From Elusimicrobiota bacterium (GTDB lineage Bacteria > Elusimicrobiota > UBA8919), in assembly GCA_043816185.1 (NCBI GenBank), contig JBDRIG010000099.1, forward strand, positions 1-23,184: a stretch of 23,184 bases of DNA. The letters are read 5' to 3'. The notes beneath the pieces were generated by a model, which saw nothing but the letters and a program-made list of their open reading frames with translations, searched no databases and was not told the origin of the DNA. A program made the translations under genes and the position numbers. Below are positions 1 to 9,600 of the stretch, one piece after another (positions within the stretch are counted from its first letter, which is position 1; each line of letters begins with the position of its first letter).

Positions 1-11
1 GGTTAAAGTCC

Positions 12-30
12 GGTGTATATATTATACACC
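12..30. other. Hairpin/inverted repeat GGTGTATA-tat-TATACACC, extendable with flanking AAAGT/ACTTT
   Basis: Perfect 8-bp inverted repeat seen at the window edge; function (terminator or operator) cannot be decided. Confidence 0.45.
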
Positions 31-115
31 ACTTTTGATCGTTTGAAAAGATCACAAAAGGTCTGCGCTTTTATGCGTTACTTTATGACCTCCCCGGAAG
101 GAAGCTTGCTTTTCC

Positions 116-124
116 ATTATACCA
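116..124 (-). promoter_or_regulatory. Possible extended -10 promoter element (TGGTATAAT) on the minus strand
   Basis: Plus strand ATTATACCA reads TGn-TATAAT on the minus strand; no recognisable -35. Confidence 0.35.
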
Positions 125-198
125 TTGCGACACAGTCTGAATGACGACAACCGAGATTGCTTCGTCGCTCATTTCATTCGCTTCGCCCACAATGATGG
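125..198. repeat. REP/MITE-like palindromic repeat remnant (TTGCGACACAGTCTG ... GAGATTGCTTCGTCGCT...CGCCCACAATGA)
   Basis: Resembles the widespread GTCATTGCGAG..GAAGCAATC / GAGATTGCTTCG..CGCAATGAC intergenic palindrome type; 177-192 is the exact reverse complement of 22096-22111, and 154-164 of 22108-22118. Confidence 0.65.
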
Positions 199-224
199 CA
201 TAGCGGAGTCTCGCTTTTTGTGGG

Positions 225-253
225 AATATAGCATAAATATTGAGTTTTGTCAA
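225..253 (-). promoter_or_regulatory. Consensus sigma70 promoter pointing leftwards, divergent from the giant gene
   Basis: Minus strand reads TTGACA (253-248), 17-nt spacer ending TGC, TATATT (230-225): perfect -35, optimal spacing and extended -10. Confidence 0.75.
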
Positions 254-283
254 GCAATTATTTGTAATGTTGAAACAAACGAC

Positions 284-407
284 AGATCTCTCACCTTCGG
301 TTCAAGATGACAAGGCCGACACCTTTAGATAAACTTAATTCGGTTGCCAAGTTGTTATCGAAATTGTGAAGTATTACAAGCAGGGTTTTCTTTCAGTCGG
401 AATGACG
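284..407. repeat. Two further degenerate palindromic-repeat right halves (AGATCTCTCACCTTCGGTTCAAGATGAC at 284-311; ...TTCAGTCGGAATGAC ending at 406)
   Basis: Both end in ATGAC like the repeat type at 153-198 and 22090-22178; degenerate. Confidence 0.4.
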
Positions 408-429
408 GCGGTGGCATTTGATGTCTTAT

Positions 430-445
430 TTGGCAAAAAAATTGA
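430..445 (+). promoter_or_regulatory. TTGGCAAAAAAATTGA motif, sigma54 -24/-12-like (GG-N10-GA)
   Basis: 15/16 identical to 22893-22908; TGGCA-N6-TTG spacing is that of sigma54 promoters, but the -12 GC is GA. Confidence 0.35.
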
Positions 446-512
446 TATGCAATATAGGCATTAGGTAATAGTGAATTATATTATACAATGCGTCGTACGA
501 TGTACCACATTT

Positions 513-566
513 TTTACAAATTTTTCACAAATTTTTCACAAATTTTACATATTTGTGGAGTATATT
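513..566 (+). promoter_or_regulatory. Four 11-bp-phased direct repeats (TTTACA, TTCACA, TTCACA, TACATA) followed by -10-like TATATT; putative OmpR/PhoB-family activator-dependent promoter of the giant gene
   Basis: Hexamers start at 513, 524, 535 and 546; TATATT at 561-566; the same architecture recurs at 22226-22279. Confidence 0.65.
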
Positions 567-615
567 AGTTATGTGTGGAGTTCCTGCTAATTTTTGATTT
601 ATAGGAAACAAATTT

Positions 616-3600
616 ATGATTAACTATTTTCGTCGACCAACAGACATTCTCGATTATATAGAAATTCCGCCTATAAGAAGGATTATTGCATCTATAACAC
701 TGATTAGTTTTTTATTAACGATTCTATGGACAAACGGATTGGCGGAAGTTGCTGGAAATGCTGGAAATGCTGGAAATGCTGAAAATGCTGAAAACGCTCA
801 AAGTGGCGAAAAGACAGGAAAAAAAGGCACGCAAGAATCATCTGTGTATTATAAATGGGCCACCGTTCGCGAACAAGCACAACATGGGATATTAACAGAG
901 ATTACGGATAGCGAAAAAAATCAGGTATATAGGTTTAATAAAGAAGGTAAACTTGTCGAATTAGACGATAGAAACAGTGGGAAGACACAAAGGTTTGAGT
1001 ATGACAGCCAAGGCAATGCGAGTATAAAAACCATAAAAAGCAAAGATGTAGAAAATCGAGAAATAGAAAACGCTCCGCAGTTAGCGCAATTATTGCCACA
1101 GCAAATACGACAGCAAATAGACGTTGTTCAACAAGTACAAACCATACCACAAAAAACCGCTTTGTTAGCAGAAGCAGTTAATAACTTTTTTTCTGGAGAA
1201 GATACTGAATCTAACAAATCTGGTGAAGGAGAAGGAACTAAATCTCAGGCCAACAAACCTCAATCACCAGCCAGTGTTTCTTCATGGTTAAAAAAATATA
1301 GTGATAGCGATCCACAAAAACAACAAGGAATGCTTGCAGAGATTGGTGCTACTGAGACAGAAGTAAAAAATCTATCAGAAGAAACAAAGCAAAAGATTGC
1401 CGATTATTTAGCACTCAGTGGCTCAAAACTTCCCGATGGTGCAGTTACAACCAAAGAGTTATCTGACAGGAAAGAAGGTCTTGCTGGACTAATAGACCGC
1501 GCAAGAGCAGCAGTCACACTTCTTTTTGTAAATATAATTAGACAAGTTGCAGGTAAAAAAACACAAAAAGAAAATGCTGGTGTGGAAATATCCGTTGAAG
1601 ATATACAAAATATAGCACGACAACTTGGTATCGAATTAAATGCAACCAAAACAAATATTGACGAACTTAAAGGTGTACTTGCAAAAAATCCTGTTATAGT
1701 GCATACGCAGGATTCTAACGGCGATAGAATGTTTCTAATTATTACTGATATAAAAGGTGAAGATGTTGTTGGTATTGATTCAGACGGAAAAACACGGGTT
1801 TTAATTCCGTTGTCTGAATTTAGAGCAAAATGGACAGGCAAAATGTTGTCGTTAGCAATGACAGGAGAGGCACTTGATGCGGAGACAAAGAAAAATACTA
1901 AGGGCACATTTTTTGCACAATTATTTAACGAAATAAAAAGAGTATTTAGTGGAAGTCTTGTAGCAGTAGATGCAGGTTCACAAGTAGCGACGACAGAGGC
2001 AATAGGCGAGAGAGATACTTCTGTCGTTGCGATTATTGCGAACGTTGCGAGCTTAGCAAGCCCCGATGTTGTTGCAAAAAGCCCCAAAGGAGTGACGGAG
2101 CAACCTCAAGAGACTGCCACGATTGTTTCTGACGACACCACAACAACACAAACAGATGCAGAAAAAGCCCTCCAATCGATAGAAGCATGGTTGGGCGAAT
2201 ATATAAAAGCCGACCCACTTAAAAAAGCGCAGATGGCAGCGACGCTTGGTTTATCCACCGACCAATTAGCAAACCTATCTATTGAAACCGCAGGACAAAT
2301 CTTAAATTATTTAAAGTCACAGGGTGATAAAATCTTCAACTGTGCAATTCAGGCACTGAAAAATATCTTCACAGGACAGGGCGTAGAGTTCAATCTCACA
2401 GATGTAGCCACAAAAGCAATTTTGATTGACATTATAACTGGTAATTTAAAAATAGATTCCAATACGGGATACGATGCTTCGCAATTGCAGTTGTCGATGT
2501 TTGCGATACAAAAGACGGCGGAACTTCATAATGTCCAGTTGACTGGCTATTCTACTGATATAAACGGATTACAACAGGCGATTGCTGGTGATAGTGGCGT
2601 GGTTGTTCATCTTGATTTGGGTAATGGGATGGGACATTTTGTTGTTGTCACAAGCATCAAAGATGGTTTAGTAACATACACCGATTCCGATGGTAAATCG
2701 AAGACAGCCTCGCAAGAAGAGTTCCAAAAACAGTGGACGGGGAACATTCTTTCAACAGTTGAAATTGCTGCTGGCAAAGCACTATCGGTAGTGACTCTAC
2801 AAACGCTTCGCGGAGCATTCAATATTGGTGCGATAATAGCAGCAATAATAAAATGGATAATGAAAGCAATAATGGATCTAATAATGGGATTGTTGAAAAA
2901 AATATTTACACAAGTTTTTAAGGATATGCTTAAGAAAGTACTTGTAAAAGCAATAACTCAAGCATTTACGAAGTTGATAACCAAGGCCATAATGCAATAC
3001 GCTTTTACCCGTAAAGTTGACGCAAAGGCGTTATGGAAGGGGTTTGTGAAGGACTTTGCATTCTCATTTGTACTTAATTTTGTTTGTGAATTACCAAAGT
3101 TACTCAAGGGATTTAAAATTGCATTTTCACTCGAGGGATTTAAAATTGGAGAACTTGATATTGGTATAGCACTTGGGAAAGTGTTTAATTTAATTGGTGA
3201 CTTTGGAACAAATCCATGGCTTAAAGGGCTTCAGTTGGGTCTACAAATAGCATATAAAAATGCTATAAAAGAATCGAAGAAAGAAGGCGGTAAAGAAGTA
3301 CCAGAGTGGTTAGAAAACACTGTTGAATTTGTTGATTTAGCGGTTAGTATAGGTGCATATTATGATAGTTATATGGCTGCACCATCTTCAAAAACAAATA
3401 CGATAGCAGATGCACGAGCACCACCAGTTGATCCGGCACTGGCAGCACAAAAAGTTGCTTTGGAAGCACCACCAGAAGTTACTCCGGTAGTAGAAGTAGC
3501 ACCACTAGTTACTCAAGCGGATAGTTCTAACCTCAAAACCGAGCCCGAGACACTCGCCAAGGAATCCAAAGCAGCAGCACAACCAGTAGGTAGTTCAGGA

Positions 3601-6600
3601 TGGAAAGATCTTGGAAAAATCATATTACAAATAATTAAACAAGTGGTTGATAGTATTGTATCATTTTTACAAAAAACTAGTAATTTTTTACAAAAAATTG
3701 ATGCTAATAAAAATATAGAATTATCTTTCAAGTTATATGACATACAGAGTGGAATAGAAAAACTACGCGAAAAAAAGAGTTATGAAAAAACTGCTTCTGC
3801 GGAAGATAATTTTATGGCAGCCGCGTCTATGTTATTTGGTAGTTTATCAGGTTCATTTAAGTCCTCGCTTGAAATCACACAAAATATTTCTCAGTTATTA
3901 AAAGCCGTTGTAAATATGGTATTATCTGGGAAACAATTTAAGTATGAAACAAAATTAAAAGACCTTAAAGATAAATACGATTTAACCGATGAAGAATATG
4001 ATGAAATAATGAAAACAATGGACAAAGGTGATATAGTTGACTGGAAAAAATATGGGATGGAAGATAATAATAAAAAGTTTTCAGATTCATTAAGAGAATT
4101 AAATAAAGAAAACTACAATGCAACACGTGGATGGTCAATTGCACAATCTGTTTTAAATATTTCAGTTTCAATAACAGCGGTTATTAAAAATATTAAACCA
4201 CCCCCACAAGGTATTACTCTTGCAGGGGCGAATATGCTACAAAACAATAATATTACTTATAGTGCCTTTACAGTAGTCGGTGATATATTCAATATAATGG
4301 AATTAAGGAAGAGTTATGACAACAAAGGTATAATAAATCTTGGGAATACTTTTAAGGAAACAGCAAGTACAATTAAACTTTATTCCGACTTCACTGCGAC
4401 CGTCGTAGATTTAGTAGGTGCTGTAAAAACCCAGGGCTTGAAGTGGGATTATAATATACACACTTTTGATAAAAAAACTGACAAGGTTTTGGTTTTAGCA
4501 ACGACCTTTAAAGTAGATGGTAAACCCTTTGAAATTGTATACAAAGAAGGTATTACGATTGAAAAAGCAAATGAAGAAGCAAATAAAGCCGCAAAAGCCG
4601 CAAAAGCCGCAGACATTAATAAACTTCCAAAAACCATTACAGAGGACCCACGCAAACTTCAACCCGCTGATTCTAAGGGACAAGGAGTTTCTTCTGCCCA
4701 AGGTCAAGCAGGAACTTCTGGTGTTCCATCTGGGTCAGACCATTTTGATCCTGCCACCGTTGTATGGATTAAAAAGCTTTTTGAGAAAATTGGAGAAGTT
4801 AAAAGTATTAAGATTGGTAATTATTCGATTTCTTATGATAAAGGCAGTGATTTATTGTCTACAACCGTTTACGATAAATCAAACAATCCTCTCTATACCA
4901 TAAACTCTTTTAATCCTTCTGACAAATCTTCTGGTTTTTCTGACAGTATTACATTGCACGTAGACAAAGAATATAAAAAGGGGCAATCAACAATAAAATT
5001 GTCTAATGGTTTAGAACTTAAAGTTAGTGAATTAGAAAAACAATTCAATAATAAAGTTAAAATTGCATATTCTCCTAACGACAAAGTTACTATGGTTTAT
5101 GACACGAAAAATGGCAGTATGTCGACAACTATGGAAATTTCTGAGGACAAAACTGTCGAGTTTGGTTCTAAAACGTATCTTACTAAAGAAAAGGTTTTAG
5201 CCGAAACGTATCTTACTAAAGAATGGGTTTTAGCCAAATTTAGAGAACTGGAAAAGCAAAAATCAAAAACTGATAAATCAATAACTGATAAAGCAATAAT
5301 TGACACTCTTTGTTCTAGTACTAATTTAGGTGATAAAAACGAACTGGGTATTACTAATATCACCATAATCTCCGAAATCTCCGATGTTGTTAGTAGTGAG
5401 GTAAAAAGAGAGGTTAAAAAATTTATTATTCAGGAAACCGACTCAGGAAAAGACGAGGCCAAAAAAGTCGCACTGACCGAAGAAGAAAAACTATTACAAT
5501 ATTCTAAGGACATTAGTGTCATATCTGCTGAGAGAGTAGACAGTAATAATCTTACTATCACTACTTCCAAAGGAACTGCTCCCAAAGAAACATATAAAGC
5601 CAACATTTCTGCATTTAACATTCCTGGTATTTCTGGCAGCGTGACACTTTTGGACGATGAAAACAAAATTATTGCTAATGTGGACAAAGTGGCTCAAGGA
5701 TTTTACAATGTTAGTTATAAATCTACGGTCGGCAATGATGTCCAGCCGAAGATTGTTTCTATAATTGTTTCTACTAATGAAATGACTGGTAATAAACTAC
5801 AGTTTACCGATGGCCAGTTAGTTCCTGTTGGTATGGATAATAAACCTAATGGTACAACAAAAATAGCTATAGATGGTCTTGAAGTTGCGCTTACCTGGGA
5901 TGATAAAGAAAAGAAAGTTACAACAAGTTTTGGTGGAGTAGAAAAAGACAAAAAATATAATTTACCTTTAATTTTATTTCCTGCGGCAAGATGTAAGTTG
6001 ACGGGTTTAGAAGCAGTTGAATTTACTGGTATAGAAAATGGTGGTTTACAATTTTCTCCGAAAAATGGCGAAATTAAGTTACTTAATGGCGATAAAATAA
6101 CCTTTAAAGATTTCAATTTAATTTTGAATAGTGGAAAAATAGCGACTTCTGCGGCTTCTGAGGAGAAGACAGCGACTCCTGCGACTTCTGAGAAAATGGC
6201 GACTCCTGCGATTTCTGGAGAAACAATGATTTCTGGCGAAATGATTTTGAAGCAACGCAAATATACAAAAGTAACAAACTTCAACCAGCTAAAAATTAGC
6301 GATTCTGTCGCAGATAACAGTGGTTCATACAAAACAAATGAATCCGGCCAAAAAACAAATTCTGATGGTAGTAAGACGATTATTTCAGGTAATTTAACTA
6401 CTGAGGTAATCTTTAATAAAAAATCCGGCCAAGAAGATGCTTCTGTTACCATTCACAAAAACGGTATAAAAACATCGTATAATGAAAGTGAAAGTTTAAC
6501 AACAACATCCAAATACAGTGTAGCATCTTACAAAAATGATATTTTGGAAAGCGGGACTGCCTACGAGCAATTAGATATTAAGCTTGAAGATAGCACGTTA

Positions 6601-9600
6601 CTAGTTTATAAGGAAGAAACAAAGGCTGGTGTGCATGGAAATCCTCCAACGATCACTGCATCCATAGGTGATACTGAAATAAATTCAAAGAACATTAAAG
6701 AACTGCAAGAAAAATACAATAAACTTTACACGCTCGCGGATGGTAATAAGACAAAATTAGGACTGCTACTCATGTACAACGGTGGTGTTACCATACTAAC
6801 TGGTAAGAATATTACATTTGACACAAACTACAAAAATACAGGGAGACAGGCACTTATAGAAACAGGTGTGGCAAAAGGTATAAATTTGGTTCATTATGCT
6901 GATGGGGTCACTATTATTGGATCTGAAGGTGATGAGAATGCAGTTGCTGGACATAAAGGTATGTTTAACGAATTTAATGGTATGCAGTTACAGGTTGGTG
7001 ACGAGTATAGTTTAAATAAAATTGCGGCGAATAAATGGGATGAAGCAATTGTTAGCGAAAAAGGAGCAATCATTGTCCCTCTCAAATATGGCAAGACACT
7101 TAGTATTGTTAAAACCCCTGTTACCGAAACTACTGATTATGATTATTCCAAGTTGAAGGGAGAATTAGAAGATGGAGTTGAAATAAAGTCAATCAGTAAA
7201 GTTGATATAATTATTAAAAATGCAGAAGGCAATCCTGTTGCTGGAGGACAACAAACTTTGTATGTGGCAAATGGTGCTTCCGGGCAAATCGGACAAATCA
7301 TATTAGTCAATGGAGGTGCAGTTCTACAAACGGAATCAAAAATATTTGTAAAGATAGGTGTTGGTGGTATCTGGAAAAGTGTAGGAACAACAGAAAAAAT
7401 AGATGGAACTTTCGATGAATTACCTGGGACCAATAAAAACAATGCCAAAACTAAACAAACAACAACAATTACTACCAAGGATGCTACCGATATAGGGATA
7501 TTATTATCCGCAGGAGTTAAACAGGGTGTAAATTATTTTGATAGTAATGGTGAGTTGGTATGCTCACTCACTTCTGATGTTCACGGGAACTATATTGCTG
7601 TTGGTAGTAGGGATAGTAAAGGAAATTTTGTAACAGTATTATTCGACACAAAAAAAGACAAAGGTGCACTCCCAGCAAAAGACAAAGACAAAGTCAAAAA
7701 AGGTGCACTCCCAGCAAAAGCACTCCCAGCAAAAGACAAAGGTGCACTCCCAGCAAAAGCACTCCCAGCAAAAGACAAAGGTGCACTCCCAGCAGAAGCA
7801 CTCCCAGCAAAAGACAAAGGTGCACTCCCAGCAGAAGCACCTTTAACAGAAGCAGAAGCCATAGCAATAATAAAAAATATATACTTAACTGATTTCTCAC
7901 AGTCTGATGTTGTAAAATTTTCGGATGATCCAGCCGGCGCCGAAGTATTAAAAGATTTAGAGCAAGTGATTAAAAAGTCAAATAGTGTCGCAAATACCTT
8001 CTTCAAAGATAATCCAAAAGCATCATCCGTACAAATTAAAAAAGATAAGAGTAACTATGTTGTTTCTATTGCCAAGGACGGCCAAGAATCTATTAATGTT
8101 TTTGATAAAGATGGCAAAGCGATGTATATCTATAGCAATAATAAAGGGGAAGGGGGCATTTCTGTCTATAGAATTTCTGTCTATAGATATAACGATAAAA
8201 TTATTGATCAAAAAGGCAGGTGCAAACCGGCTGAAATTGGAGAAACCATAATCATTGGTAATAATGTCAAAGTAAACATTGCTGTTCTTAAACAAAACTT
8301 TGGTAGAGAAGTTTACATTATTGATGTGTTTGGAATGATGTTGAATGGACAAGAGAAAATAATGGTAATTCAGCAACTTGAAAATGCTAATCCGAAAAAA
8401 GCTGAAACCCCATCGGAGCCGCAGAAAAAAGCTGAAACGAAAGTCGATGCTGCTGATGATATTAAAAAGCAAACAAGAGTATGCGACCCACTTGTAGAAG
8501 ATAAAGATGTAACCATTACTGATAATATTAAAGAGCAAATAACAGTATTCAACTCACTTGTAAAAGTTGAAAATATAACCATCAGCAATGATGCGTATAC
8601 TGTTTTTAAAATTGCAGGTGGTGACGAATTAGCTATTTCACAAGGAGCAATAAATAGATCGGTAAACATAACTATTCTTGATGGTGACGGCGGAAGAATT
8701 GGTAATATATCTAAAAACAAACTTGGTGGTTATGATGTAATGTATGGTGGCGTGGGCTATACAGGTAAGGCAGTTTTTGGTTTATTGCCTCCAGTCTCGG
8801 CATACGAAAAATCAACGGACGCAAAATCAGCAACCATAACAAAACTCGCTGATATAAAATATATTCTACAAACAGACAATACTGTTTCGGCCAACATAAC
8901 TGCCAGAAAGGGCTATGGTGAGTTTGAATTTACTGTGTGGGAAGATGGTGCTAATATAACGGCACATAAGAAAGGTTATAGTGAGTTAGGATCTACTGCC
9001 AATGAATTGGACACGAGCGGATTCGCTAATATAACCTTAATAATAGGTAAGGACACAGCAGACAAGGATGTGATTTCAGTTAAAGACATAACAGGTTCAT
9101 GGATTCAGCCAATATCTAAATCAGATGTTGGTTCATTGGTCAAGGTCTACGATAGTAAAAATAAAAAAGGTGTGATGAATTTTCAGTCACTTGATGGGGT
9201 ACTTACTCCTATTACAGCCACCGATCGCAAGTCACAAACAATCACGACAAATTTTAGTGCTATCGGGACATCGGCGACTGAACGAGAAGTTACCGCTAGT
9301 GTAGTTATCACGAAAGATAAAAAAGGTAATTATTTTGTATCTAAAACAGACGCAAAACTTAAGAATAGTACAAAGGTTAATATTACTACTTTTAATGGTA
9401 AATTGTATGCATTAGCCAATGGTGAAGAAAATACGACAACAACTAGTGCGTTGAATGTTAAAGGCGAATCAACTGTGATTTCCACTACTTTGGTGGGAAC
9501 AAAAGATGGGATTAATATAGGTGCGTCAAAAAGAACGGGGGATGACATTGAAGTAGTATTTCGTAACTTTAATGACAAACTCTATGCACTAGCAGATGGA

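Noticed and set aside
88..93. GGAGGT Shine-Dalgarno-like sequence on the minus strand
   Set aside because: No ATG/GTG/TTG at a usable distance downstream.
84..110. CCGGAAGGAAGC resembles the helix-8 loop of SRP (4.5S) RNA
   Set aside because: The conserved flanking CAGG and AGCAG internal-loop bases and the long enclosing stem are missing.
125..310. 61-aa ORF
   Set aside because: Runs through palindromic repeats and the opposite-strand promoter; TTG start with no SD; no protein-like features.
7654..7842. Regular repeats as a possible CRISPR array
   Set aside because: No unique spacers; units are in-frame multiples of three within the CDS; no cas genes.
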